Of a stretch of DNA of 32,000 bases, positions 1 to 9,056 are shown piece by piece (the first letter of the stretch is position 1; every line of letters begins with the position of its first letter). Source of the stretch: Flavobacteriaceae bacterium (GTDB lineage Bacteria; Bacteroidota; Bacteroidia; Flavobacteriales; Flavobacteriaceae). Position numbers and translations under genes: made by a program. The notes beneath the pieces are model-generated. The model did not search any database and was not told where the DNA came from. It was given only the letters and a program-made list of their open reading frames with translations. The stretch is from contig OZ245049.1 in the NCBI GenBank assembly GCA_965224465.1, forward strand, positions 3,630,001 through 3,662,000, given 5' to 3'.

Positions 1-70
1 CTGCATCAATAGCCATTTTTAAGTTTTCGGGGGTGCCTTTCCAAAAATGGATAATTGCTTTTTTTGAAAG

Positions 71-1196
71 GCTGAATTCAAGTCACAAACGCAAAATTTA
101 GTTAAATAATAATTGTTCCATTACAAATATAGGGTTTTGATATTTATGTCTCTTCCTAGGTCTGTTATTTAATTTTGTTTCTACCTCTTTGATTCTTTGA
201 TCTGTTAGGTTTGTAAAGTCACTTCCTTTGGCAAAATATTGTCTAATCAAACCATTTAAATTTTCGTTAGATCCTCTTTCCCAAGAGTGATATGGATGCG
301 CAAAAAAGTAATCAATACATAAATTTTCTGCAACCTGCTCATGGCCTGCAAATTCTTTTCCATTATCAGCTGTTATAGTATGTAGATAAGGCTTCCAGTC
401 TTCTAATATTTCATTGATAGCTTTAGTGACAACAACTGCTTCTTTAGAGCTTACTTTTTTCATTTTAAGCATTCCAGAAGCTCTATCATTTACGGTAAGT
501 ATGGCTTGATTATGGTTTTTACCTATGATTAAATCGACCTCTAAATCTCCAAATCGATTTCTTTGTTCAACAACTTCAGGGCGTTGTTCTATACTAATAC
601 GATTCTTTATAACCCCTCTAGAATCCTTTGATGAGCCACGTTTTCTATATCTCCTTCCCTGTCTGCGAAGGTGTGTATGTAAATCACCATCATTCCTCTT
701 GTCTTCCCTAATATGCTGATATATACGCTCAATAGACACCGTTTCTTTACCTTGTTTTTTTAGGACACCAACTACTTGCTCAGGACTATAATCGTCTCGC
801 AATAACAACTCTATTGCTTGTTGAATATCTTCTGTAAAGCGTTTTCTTTTAGGCTTTTCTTTATGACGTTTAGCATACTTTTTTTGGGCTAATTCATGCT
901 TGTAAACTCCATTTCTTTTGTCTGAATTACGCTTAATCTCTTTGCTAATAACAGACTTGTCTTTTCCTATAGCAGCTGCTATCTCAACCTGTTTATAACC
1001 TTGTTTTAACATGCAACAAATTGTGTATCTTTGCGCTTGGGTGATGTGTTTCATACAACTTCTTTTTTCGAGATTTGAGACCGTAAGATACATATCCATC
1101 AAGACAAGAAAGGTAGGTTTTCCTACTTTTCTGTTTTGAAAATATAACCATCATAGAATCAAATCGAAAAGTTGCGTTTATTAGTTGAATTTAAGA
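71..1196 (-). mobile_element. IS30-family insertion sequence, complete copy A
   Basis: Carries the 334-aa transposase ORF. Its terminal sequences match those of copy C (26098-27220). The imperfect inverted repeats are AATTCAA(C/G)T(A/C)A(T/C)AAACGCAACTTTT, seen at 71-100 (GCTGAATTCAAGTCACAAACGCAA) and, in reverse complement, at about 1165-1191. Exact termini are uncertain by a few bp. Confidence 0.85.
98..1102 (-). CDS. IS30-family DDE transposase
   Basis: The 334-aa ORF has an N-terminal HTH (ITQAQRYTICCMLKQGYKQVEIAAAIGKDKSVISKEIKRN) and an rve/DDE core (DLEVDLI...ITADNGKEF...SWERGSNENLNGLIRQY), typical of IS30. It differs by 2 aa from the 26189-27193 copy. The real start is probably the internal MKHITQAQ. 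Confidence 0.93.
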   Translation of the reverse strand: MMDMYLTVSNLEKRSCMKHITQAQRYTICCMLKQGYKQVEIAAAIGKDKSVISKEIKRNSDKRNGVYKHELAQKKYAKRHKEKPKRKRFTEDIQQAIELLLRDDYSPEQVVGVLKKQGKETVSIERIYQHIREDKRNDGDLHTHLRRQGRRYRKRGSSKDSRGVIKNRISIEQRPEVVEQRNRFGDLEVDLIIGKNHNQAILTVNDRASGMLKMKKVSSKEAVVVTKAINEILEDWKPYLHTITADNGKEFAGHEQVAENLCIDYFFAHPYHSWERGSNENLNGLIRQYFAKGSDFTNLTDQRIKEVETKLNNRPRKRHKYQNPIFVMEQLLFN

Positions 1197-1347
1197 AGTG
1201 ATATAATTAATAGTACTAAAGTTATCCTCATTTTTAAGTTTAGTTTGGGGAGACTAAAGAATAATAATCTCTTAGTTCTGAATTTTTTCATACTTTTGTA
1301 GTGATTTGGTTATTAAATTGATTTACTGATCTAATCATATTGTACTG

Positions 1348-1378
1348 TCGAGAAATGTTACCGCATTTCTCGATTTTT
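1348..1378. terminator. Perfect 10-bp stem-loop with T-run, candidate intrinsic terminator
   Basis: TCGAGAAATG (1348-1357), loop TTACCG, CATTTCTCGA (1364-1373), then TTTTT (1374-1378) on the + strand. It lies 16 nt beyond the stop of the minus-strand FecR gene. The U-run is on the + strand only, so which transcript it terminates is ambiguous. Confidence 0.45.
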
Positions 1379-1393
1379 ATATATAAGATGATT

Positions 1394-2581
1394 TTAATTT
1401 TTAAATTCGTCTAGGTCATTTTTTTTTGGATTATTTATAGTTATTTGTTCCCCTTTTATTTCAAATGAAAAGGGTTCACTGTTTTTAAATGAATTTAATA
1501 CTTGCTCAATATTTTCTGAATCAAATTTTGCAAAAAATCGTTGGTTGTTTAAACGTTCATAATTATTTGTAATCGAAACATTGTAATGTCTTTTTAAAAC
1601 TTTTATTATTTCTGAAAAAGGTCTATTTTTAAAATGCAACACCCCTTCAGTCCAAGCTGTGTATTCTGTAACATCAACTTTTTTTACCTGAATATTTTTT
1701 CCTGATTTATTCCAAGAAGCAATATGTCCTGGGTTTAAAATAACAGAAGTATTAGGATCAAAATTTTGATCCTCTCTATAAATACCAACAGATCCTTCAA
1801 CTAAAACTGTATTTATAATTTCTGAATCACTATAAGAATTCACATTAAATTGTGTTCCTAAAGCACGAATATTTATATCCTTAGTACTCACAATAAAAGA
1901 ATGGTTCTCCTGTTTTACCACATCGAAAAAGGCTTCTCCTTCAATAAAAACTTGCCTCTTCTTTCCAGGTAAGAATTTTACGGGATATTTAAACGTAGTC
2001 CCTGCATTTATATGTACATGAGTTCCATCTGACAAGATTAAATGAAAGGTCTTCCCGTAGGGGATCGTTAACTCATTGTATGTAAGAAGTTCTTCGAGGT
2101 TATTACTATGGTCCTTATTGTTTTTATTTTCATAATCTAATGTTGTCCCTTCCTGAGTTCCAATAACCAATCCATCTTTATTCCTGATTTTCTCATTACC
2201 ATCCTCTGAAATCACTTTAATGTTCCCGTTATTTAATTTCAAAGTAATTGTATTTTTATCAATGTGTAACGCATTAGAATTTTCAGAGTTCAGAATAAAG
2301 AAATAGCTCAATCCTATAATGCCAATAAAAACAGCAGCCCACTTATACCAACCTAAGGAAACAAATCTTATATTTATTCTCTTTTTTTCTATCTTTTTTA
2401 TAAGGTCTAAATATTCAAATTCTAAATCTACATTTTGCAAAGCCACATCCACATCATAATACTCTTTAACATAGATTTTAAAAAGTTTTCTATTCTTCTT
2501 GTCTTTCAACAATTTTGATAGCTCAATTAGTTCTAAAGAACTAATCGTATTTGTGAAATATTTTATAATTAAGTCTTTCAA
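1394..2581 (-). CDS. FecR-family transmembrane anti-sigma factor
   Basis: 395 aa. Short cytoplasmic N-terminus, one TM helix (WYKWAAVFIGIIGLSYFFIL), a FecR-like beta-rich periplasmic domain (GTTFKYPVKF...FFDVVKQ...ALGTQFNV) and a DUF4974-like C-terminus (LHFKNRPFSEIIKVLKRHYNVSI). Adjacent to an ECF sigma gene. Confidence 0.85.
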   Translation of the reverse strand: MKDLIIKYFTNTISSLELIELSKLLKDKKNRKLFKIYVKEYYDVDVALQNVDLEFEYLDLIKKIEKKRINIRFVSLGWYKWAAVFIGIIGLSYFFILNSENSNALHIDKNTITLKLNNGNIKVISEDGNEKIRNKDGLVIGTQEGTTLDYENKNNKDHSNNLEELLTYNELTIPYGKTFHLILSDGTHVHINAGTTFKYPVKFLPGKKRQVFIEGEAFFDVVKQENHSFIVSTKDINIRALGTQFNVNSYSDSEIINTVLVEGSVGIYREDQNFDPNTSVILNPGHIASWNKSGKNIQVKKVDVTEYTAWTEGVLHFKNRPFSEIIKVLKRHYNVSITNNYERLNNQRFFAKFDSENIEQVLNSFKNSEPFSFEIKGEQITINNPKKNDLDEFKN

Positions 2582-2698
2582 ATTTCAGTATAATTAATGC
2601 GTTATTAACGTACATAAAACGTTTATTTTTCAAAAACCCTTAAAAAAATATATTTTTTTTAATATTTGCAACAATATCTAATTTATAAGTAAATCAAG

Positions 2699-3289
2699 AT
2701 GTTATTAATTATGAATGAACAAAATTTAATTTTAGGGATTAAAAATAATGATCAAAAAGCTTTTAAACTAGTTTTTAAACGTTTTTATGAGCCATTGTTA
2801 GCCTATGTAACTACTTTTACTATGGACAGGCAAGAAGCAAAAGATATTGTTCAAAATTCTTTTATTATTCTATGGGAAAAGCGTAAAAATCTCTCAAATG
2901 ACTCCTCCTTAAAAAGTTATTTATTTACAGTTGCTCACAATTTATTCATTAATCACTATCGTAAAAATAAGTTTAAAAATAAAATTTTTATTGAGTTAAA
3001 ATCAAAGGCATTAAGTAGTCGTATTAATGAGGAAGAATGCACTACCATTGAAAAAACTAAAGAATTATTGATCCTCATAGATAGTTTACCTCCAAAATGT
3101 AAAAAGATATTATTATTAAATAAAAGAGAAGGTTTAAAATACAAGGAAATTGCTAACAGACTTAATATTTCAGTAAAAACCGTTGAATCTCAAATGCGAA
3201 TTGCGTACCAGAAAATCAGAAAAGGATTCAAAAATAGCCCTTTAGTTTTGTCGATAATAATAATTAATAAATTACTAAGTAAAATCTAG
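2699..3289 (+). CDS. ECF (sigma-70 group 4) RNA polymerase sigma factor
   Basis: Region 2 (FKLVFKRFYEPLLAYVTTFTMDRQEAKDIVQNSFIILWEKR) and region 4 HTH (LPPKCKKILLLNKREGLKYKEIANRLNISVKTVESQMRIAYQKIRKGF). The likely true start is MNEQNL at 2711. Confidence 0.9.
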   Translation: MLLIMNEQNLILGIKNNDQKAFKLVFKRFYEPLLAYVTTFTMDRQEAKDIVQNSFIILWEKRKNLSNDSSLKSYLFTVAHNLFINHYRKNKFKNKIFIELKSKALSSRINEEECTTIEKTKELLILIDSLPPKCKKILLLNKREGLKYKEIANRLNISVKTVESQMRIAYQKIRKGFKNSPLVLSIIIINKLLSKI

Positions 3290-3421
3290 GCCATTTTAGG
3301 ACTCTAACTCAAGTTTCGCACCCATCATTTACAGGTGTTTAAGTAAAAATAAATAGCATGAAAACCAAGGTAATCCCCTGGTTTTATTGTACTTTTAAGT
3401 ACGAACAAGAAAGTACAAAAC

Positions 3422-4098
3422 ATGCTAGAACACGAAGATATCACAAAAACACAGGAGATAAAAGGAAAATTTAATAAGATTTGGCTTAGTTCAGAATACC
3501 TACAAGCACATCTAAATATTTTAGGATTCAATAAAATTAAAAACAAGTTTAGTTGGTGTAAGAAATCGGGGATTTCATTCGGTAATTTAATCTCTACACT
3601 TTTAATTTTACCTATTATCGGATTTGATTCTATTCATGGACTTACAAGTAGTAAAGACAAGGGGTTAGGTCAGTCGGGTAAAGATTCATACTATCGAATC
3701 CTAGCAAATCAAAAGATAAATTGGAGGGTTTTTCTAGCTCAGTTTGTGAAGCAATATCTATTAAAAGAAGAGTTCTTTACTCCATCTCAAGACGCTACAA
3801 AGTGCTTGATCTTTGACGATACTGATCTTTCTAAAACAGGAAAGACAATTGAAGGTGTTTCAAAAATATACAACCATGTGTCAAAAACGTATTACCTAGG
3901 CTTTAAGCTACTTGTAGCTGGTTATTGGAATGGAAGTGTATTTATCCCTGTTGACTTTAGTTTGCATCGTGAAAGTAAAACATCAAAATTAAAATACGGT
4001 CTAACGGCGAAGCAACGTAGGCTTCAAAAGAAAACTCCAAGATGTAGTAAAACAATTGCAGCAAAGAGGTATCAGGAACTCAATAAAAAGAAAACAGA
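3422..4098 (+). pseudogene. IS4-like DDE transposase, N-terminal fragment truncated by the IS66-family element
   Basis: The ORF contains the first catalytic-Asp region (KCLIFDDTDLSKTGKTIEGVSKIYNHVSKTYYLGFKLLVAGYWNG...IPVDFSLH). The second D and E regions are missing. The reading frame runs straight into the IS66 terminal repeat starting at 4099. Confidence 0.7.
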
Positions 4099-4127
4099 CG
4101 TAAGCGTACGGTAAAGTACACCCTTGA

Positions 4128-4274
4128 TTATTTATCAACAGGCTTCCAATTTTGAGGCAGTAACTCCGAAAGTTTATTAGCTTTATGTTCTGGTAATCTA
4201 TTAAGGACATCACATAGCCACGTATGTGGGTTTACGTTATTCTTTTTGCAAGTAGCAAAAAAGCTATAAAATAG
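4128..4274 (-). pseudogene. IS66 transposase (TnpC) C-terminal piece, separated from its 5' part by ISAs1
   Basis: My translation of the minus strand gives LFYSFFATCKKNNVNPHTWLCDVLNRLPEHKANKLSELLPQNWKPVDK*, the canonical IS66 TnpC tail. It is in frame with ...AQNIALFY at 5502-5511 once the ISAs1 element and one copy of its 10-bp duplication are removed. Confidence 0.8.
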
Positions 4275-5501
4275 CAGGGCAAACTCACACTTTAATGCTT
4301 AATACTTTTAACAGATATGCTTGATTCCAGCCTGCTTTAAGTCTTTTTCCAGCAATACCTTGTTTCTCCGTTTTTTCGTTTCTCAATAGATTCAGGGCAA
4401 TTTTCAATAGTATTGAATAGTTTTGAGCTGCATTTTTATTTCTTTTTCTAGAGGCATCCTCTGAGAATGCAACATCCAATGTCCAATGTAATTTATTCTC
4501 TACACCCCAATGAGAACGAATATGACTTTGATGATTTACAGCGGTATCTTTTAAGCTAGAAATGTAATATCTAGTTGCCTTTTCTGTTTGTTTATCACTG
4601 TTTTTGAACTCCCTTATACTTTCTATTTTTATAACTTGAGTCAACTTATTCCATTTATTATCTGCGTTCTTAATAAATTGAAAATCAGAAATTACGCTAC
4701 ATTTTCTAGTTTCAATTCTTCCATGACCAAGGTCAAAGTCTGTATCTATTTCTATGTTTTTTGAGAATTTGAATTCGTCCTTTATTTCCTCTAGTAGTTG
4801 TTTTTGATTTCCCTTTACGGCAAGTATGTAATTGGCATCATTTTTTATAATCTTATCCGCAATATCAGTTTGAGTTCCCATTGCGTCTATTGTAATTATA
4901 TTGCCTTCTATACACAAAGTATCAAGTAATTCCGGGATCGCAGTTATCTCATTAGATTTTTCATTGACTCTAATTTGACCCAAAACTAAATTGTTTTGAT
5001 CAGCCCATGCGCTCACCATATGTACAGGTGATTTTTTTCCATTTGATTTTGCTCCTCTAAGCGCTTTTCCATCAATAGCTATTACCTGCCCTTTTGATAT
5101 AGTTGAAATAGAATTGACCCATTCTATGAAACATGTTTCAAGCTGAGAACTGTCTATCGACGAGAATACCCTGTTAATAGTGTCTTCTGATGGTATTCCA
5201 TTTGGTAATTGTAGAAATTTCCTTAAAAAACCTTCTTTTGAACAAGCAAACTCAACCATTTGTTTCCATGTTTCTGCTCCACAAATGACTGAAATTATCC
5301 CAATAAGGAGGATGTCAACCAAGTTGTGTAACTTGTTTATATCGCTTCTAGGGTCTTCTATATTGCCAAAAATACTCATTATTTTACTGTCTGAATTCAT
5401 ATCGTTACCTATCTAATTATCAACATAATATACTGATAATTAACGAGGTAAGCAACTTAAATTCAATGAAATTAACTTAAAAATAGTATGAGTTTGCCCT
5501 G
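4275..5501 (-). mobile_element. ISAs1-family insertion sequence nested in IS66 tnpC
   Basis: Inverted termini CAGGGCAAACTCA (4275-4287) and TGAGTTTGCCCTG (5489-5501). A perfect 10-bp target-site duplication TATAAAATAG sits at 4265-4274 and 5502-5511. Confidence 0.88.
4285..5400 (-). CDS. ISAs1-family (H-repeat-associated) transposase
   Basis: 371 aa with the family-typical N-terminus IEDPRSDINKLHNLVDILLIGIISVICGAETWKQMVEF...LPNGIPSEDTINRVF and a DDE core (IAIDGKALRG...ITIDAMGTQ...HWGVENKLHWTLDVAFSED). Confidence 0.92.
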   Translation of the reverse strand: MNSDSKIMSIFGNIEDPRSDINKLHNLVDILLIGIISVICGAETWKQMVEFACSKEGFLRKFLQLPNGIPSEDTINRVFSSIDSSQLETCFIEWVNSISTISKGQVIAIDGKALRGAKSNGKKSPVHMVSAWADQNNLVLGQIRVNEKSNEITAIPELLDTLCIEGNIITIDAMGTQTDIADKIIKNDANYILAVKGNQKQLLEEIKDEFKFSKNIEIDTDFDLGHGRIETRKCSVISDFQFIKNADNKWNKLTQVIKIESIREFKNSDKQTEKATRYYISSLKDTAVNHQSHIRSHWGVENKLHWTLDVAFSEDASRKRNKNAAQNYSILLKIALNLLRNEKTEKQGIAGKRLKAGWNQAYLLKVLSIKV

Positions 5502-6867
5502 TATAAAATAGAGCTATGTTTTGTGCGGACTCATGACTGCCAGCAAAGAGATAATTTTTTCTGCCAATAGCTAAAGGTCTTATGGCATTTTCTATATTAT
5601 TGTTGTCTATTTCAAACCTGCCATCATCGATGTATAGTTTTAGGTTTTGCCATATTTTAAGAGTATAAGCAATTGCTTTTCCTATGGCACTTTTAGGCAG
5701 TACGTTTTTTCGCTCTTTTGTAAGATAAATTTCTATTCCGTCTAAAACAGGTGATGCATGTTTTTCTCTATATGCTTTAGTTTGCTCAATAGTTAATTCT
5801 TGTTCTTTTATTTTACGTTCTATCTTGTATAGCTTTTGAATTTCCAACAAAACAACATCCGCTCTTTTAGGATCATTATCCAGCGCCTTCTCAAAATACC
5901 GCCTAGCATGAGCCATGCAACCTAAAAGAGTAATTTCTCCTTTTGTTGTTAAGTTTTGGTATGCAGCATACCCATCGGACTGTAGTGTCCCATTGAAATC
6001 TTTAAAAAACTCTTCTGGAACAACTTTTCCTCTCCCTTTATTGTATTCAAAAAGAACTAAATTTTTAACAGGATTTCGATACACCCACATATACCCTCTG
6101 TGTGTTGATTTTTTCTTGTCTTTATCTAAAACCTTTATAGGAGATTCGTCTGCTTGAATATAATTGGCATTTTCTAAAAACTGAGCCTTAAATGTATCGT
6201 ATAAAGGAGCGATAAGCTCCGAACTTTTAGATACCCATCCTCCAATTGTTGATTTACTTACTTTTAAATCTTGTCGTTTAAAAATTTGAATTAATCTGTA
6301 AAGTGGTAAATGGTCTACAAATTTTGAAATAAGTATAAAGGCCAATAAACTTGCTGATGCATTTCCTTTAGGTATCGGTAAGCTTGGTAATTCTGCTATA
6401 ACAACGCCTTTTTCTTCCGGAAGTGCATATTTAGGTCTTACAATTCGTCTTACAAAAACGGAAAGAGGCGTTATTTCTAAAAGTTCTGTAACTTCTTCTC
6501 CTATTTTTACAGCTCCTTCTTCTATGTGCTTAGGCTCTATAATCTCTTCTACTCGCGGAAAATGCGCAGGTATAGAAGAGCGAACAGGTTTTTTCTTTCC
6601 TTTCTTCTTTTGTTTTCTTTCGTAGATTACAATATGTTTTTTGTATGCCTCTTCTTTCTCAGCTATTATTTTTCCGAAAAGCGACAATTGATTTGTGTCA
6701 ACAGGGATAAAACGTTCGCTTTTAGACCCGAAAACCATTCTTTTAAGCTGCTCGTATTGCTGCTTAATTTCAGCTAGTTCTTGAGCTGTTTTTTCAAGTT
6801 CAATCTTTAAAATTACCAGCTCTTTTTGTATGTCTATTGTATTGTTTTCCACACTATAAATATACAA
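5502..6867 (-). pseudogene. IS66-family transposase (TnpC/Orf3), 5' portion, disrupted by ISAs1
   Basis: N-terminal coiled coil/leucine zipper, then LPLYRLIQIFKRQDLKVSKSTIGGWV, ADESPIKVL, GYMWVY, LQSDGYAAY and CMAHARRYF, all IS66 transposase hallmarks. In the ORF track (5440-6867) the last 21 aa (GQTHTIFKLISLNLSCLPR) are read-through into the ISAs1 end. Confidence 0.88.
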
Positions 6868-6910
6868 AAAACAAGACTAAATAGCAGGTAAAACCTACAG
6901 TTTTATTGAA

Positions 6911-7264
6911 TTATTTAGCCTCTAAATAACGTTCGTTTTTCTGAGTATTTATAATACTAATTCCGTCTAAAACCATAACCATTTGGGTATAACTCAAAAC
7001 TACTAATCCATCTTCAATGTCGTATTTTGGAAGCTCAAAAATACCTCGTTCCAATCGTTTATAATACAGTACAAATCCTCCAGGTCGCCAATGAAGAAGT
7101 TTTAGTTTATTTTTTTGCTTATTGATAAATGCATAAACACTATTTCTATCTCGCTCTTGTTCCATGTGCTCACTAACTAATCCACTTAATCCATTAAATC
7201 CTTTTCGCATATCAACTGCAGATAAGTGATAATAATACGTGTGTTCTGTACCTAATCCTAACAT
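6911..7264 (-). CDS. IS66 Orf2-like protein (IS66 TnpB accessory protein)
   Basis: 117 aa. DMRKGFNGLSGLV...VYAFINKQKNKLKLLHWRPGGFVLYYKRLERGIFELP matches the IS66 Orf2 family. It lies directly upstream of tnpC on the same strand. Confidence 0.9.
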   Translation of the reverse strand: MLGLGTEHTYYYHLSAVDMRKGFNGLSGLVSEHMEQERDRNSVYAFINKQKNKLKLLHWRPGGFVLYYKRLERGIFELPKYDIEDGLVVLSYTQMVMVLDGISIINTQKNERYLEAK

Positions 7265-7344
7265 TTATATTTTCGTTTTTGTTTAGATGCAAAAATTAGA
7301 TTATTTTTAACTTCTTACAAGATGTAGTTCTCCGTACGCTTACG

Positions 7345-8010
7345 TCTATTGAGCGTATATATCAGCATATTAGGGAAGACAAGAGGAGTGATGGTGATTT
7401 ACATACACACCTTCGCAGACAGGGAAGGAGATATAGAAAACGTGGCTCATCAAAGGATTCTAGAGTGGTTATAAAGAATCGCATTAGTATAGAACAACGA
7501 CCTGAAGTTGTTGAACAAAGAAATCGATTTGGAGATTTAGAGGTCGATTTAATCATAGGTAAAAACCATAATCAAGCCATACTTACCGTAAATGATAGAG
7601 CTTCTGGAATGCTTAAAATGAAAAAAGTAAGCTCTAAAGAAGCAGTTGTTGTCACCAAAGCTATCAATGAAATATTAGAAGACTGGAAGCCTTATCTACA
7701 TACTATAACAGCTGATAATGGAAAAGAATTTGCAGGCCATGAGCAGGTTGCAGAAAATTTATGTATTGATTACTTTTTTGCGCATCCATATCACTCTTGG
7801 GAAAGAGGATCTAACGAAAATTTAAATGGTTTGATTAGACAATATTTTGCCAAAGGAAGTGACTTTACAAACCTAACAGATCAAAGAATCAAAGAGGTAG
7901 AAACAAAATTAAATAACAGACCTAGGAAGAGACATAAATACGAAAACCCTATATTTGTAATGGAACAATTATTATTTAACTAAAAGTTGCGTTTGTGACT
8001 TGAATTCAGC
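7345..8010 (+). pseudogene. IS30 copy B, 5'-truncated (3' two-thirds of the transposase plus the right terminal repeat)
   Basis: The sequence from TCTATTGAGCGTATATATCAGC (7345) onward is nearly identical to 26556-27220 of copy C. The frame is open from 7345 (SIERIYQHIRED...) to the stop at 7983. It ends with the shared terminus ...GTTGCGTTTGTGACTTGAATTCAGC at 8010. The left part was replaced by the IS66 element end. Confidence 0.88.
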
Positions 8011-8583
8011 ATGTCAAAAAGATATTAGTAAAAACAATATGTATAAAAATTACAGGTTTGTTAGACTTTTTTTGAGAACAGATAACGGCGATAGTAATAA
8101 TATATAAAACAGCTTAATAAAACATAAAACACAATCTGCATCAACATCGTGTTTTAAAGGTTCTTTCCAATACAGATAACTCGCTTAAATACATCCATTA
8201 AGTACTCATAACCGTTGTGTCATAAGCAAAGCGTATCCATAGCAATTATTGTTTATTTTGTTAGATTAGAAGACTCTTTCCTAGTTAGAGCCTTCCTAAA
8301 TTCATGCTTTTAAAAAGCAGAAAAACAGGAATCCTGCCTTTAGTCCAACCATGCAAACACTAATACCTAGAATTAAAACACAAAAAACACGTGCGTATAA
8401 CTATTTTTTGTACATTTGAAGACTGCTTATACATATATACGTCTGAATAATAAAATAACCCAATGCTACATCGTAGGTTAAATGGATATGCCATCTTGTT
8501 TAGCACTGCTACTGTGAGAATATGGGATTATAAGTAATTTAACACACTCAAGCGGTAGAACATAACATAAAAAACAAAAAATT

Positions 8584-9045
8584 ATGCCAGGACCAGCAGC
8601 AACAATATCACACATGCACACATGCCCTATGTATAGTGGAACAAGCCCACATACTGGCGGACCCATAATAGGACCGGGAGTGCCAACAGTTTTAATAGGA
8701 GGAAAACCTGCCGCAGTAATGGGGGATCAATGTACTTGTTCGGGACCACCCGATGTAATTGTAGAAGGTGTTTCTACCGTATTAATTGGCGGGAGACCCG
8801 CAGCTACTATGGGATCGAAAACAGGTCATGGAGGCGTAGTAAGCATTGGAGATCCTACCGTACTTATTGGTACAAGATGTAGTGCTCCTACCGCAATAAT
8901 GCCTTTGAGTCAAATACCTTTTCCTAAAATCACTCTAATTAATAGAATATTAGGGAATACAAGGCAAGCGCAAGAAAACCAAAAAAAAATAAAAGAAGAA
9001 GCTAAGAAACATGGATATCTTAGTGATTTTAATTTAAGTATCTAA
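8584..9045 (+). CDS. PAAR-domain protein (spike-tip protein of contractile secretion systems)
   Basis: 153 aa. A Gly-rich beta-strand repeat pattern has two PAAR-type motifs (VLIGGKPAAVMGD and VLIGGRPAATMGS), plus the conserved H/C pattern (HMHTCP...CTCSGP...GHGG). A short Lys-rich C-terminal extension follows. Confidence 0.9.
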   Translation: MPGPAATISHMHTCPMYSGTSPHTGGPIIGPGVPTVLIGGKPAAVMGDQCTCSGPPDVIVEGVSTVLIGGRPAATMGSKTGHGGVVSIGDPTVLIGTRCSAPTAIMPLSQIPFPKITLINRILGNTRQAQENQKKIKEEAKKHGYLSDFNLSI

Positions 9046-9056
9046 AATAAAAATCT

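Larger units (their letters stand above)
4099..7344 (-). mobile_element. IS66-family element (tnpB + tnpC) carrying a nested ISAs1 insertion
   Basis: Terminal inverted repeats CGTAAGCGTACGG at 4099-4111 and its reverse complement CCGTACGCTTACG at 7332-7344 (IS66 elements typically start GTAAGCG). Contains the IS66 Orf2 and Orf3 homologues. No matching direct repeat flanks it, because the left and right flanks are two different truncated IS elements. Confidence 0.8.

Noticed and set aside
525-719. 64-aa ORFs antisense to the IS30 transposase (525-719, 7362-7556, 26572-26766).
   Set aside because: They lie entirely inside the transposase coding sequence on the opposite strand. They are conserved only because the IS is repeated, and they have no recognisable motifs.
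3325-3546. 73-aa minus-strand ORF between the sigma gene and the IS4-like fragment, and the imperfect hairpin AAACCAAGG...CCCTGGTTT at about 3362-3386.
   Set aside because: The ORF overlaps the start of the IS4-like gene and is low-complexity. The hairpin has mismatches and only a weak T-run, so it is insufficient to call a terminator.
4001-4213. 70-aa minus-strand ORF spanning the IS4-fragment/IS66 junction.
   Set aside because: It is in a different frame from the recognisable IS66 TnpC tail (4128-4274) and crosses an IS boundary. It is an artefact of the junction.
8011-8583. 573-nt non-coding stretch upstream of the PAAR gene, a possible promoter, leader or small RNA.
   Set aside because: No ORF, no convincing hairpin or terminator, and no clean Bacteroidota-type TAnnTTTG promoter motif that I could place with confidence. 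It likely contains the locus promoter, but I cannot support a specific site from sequence alone.
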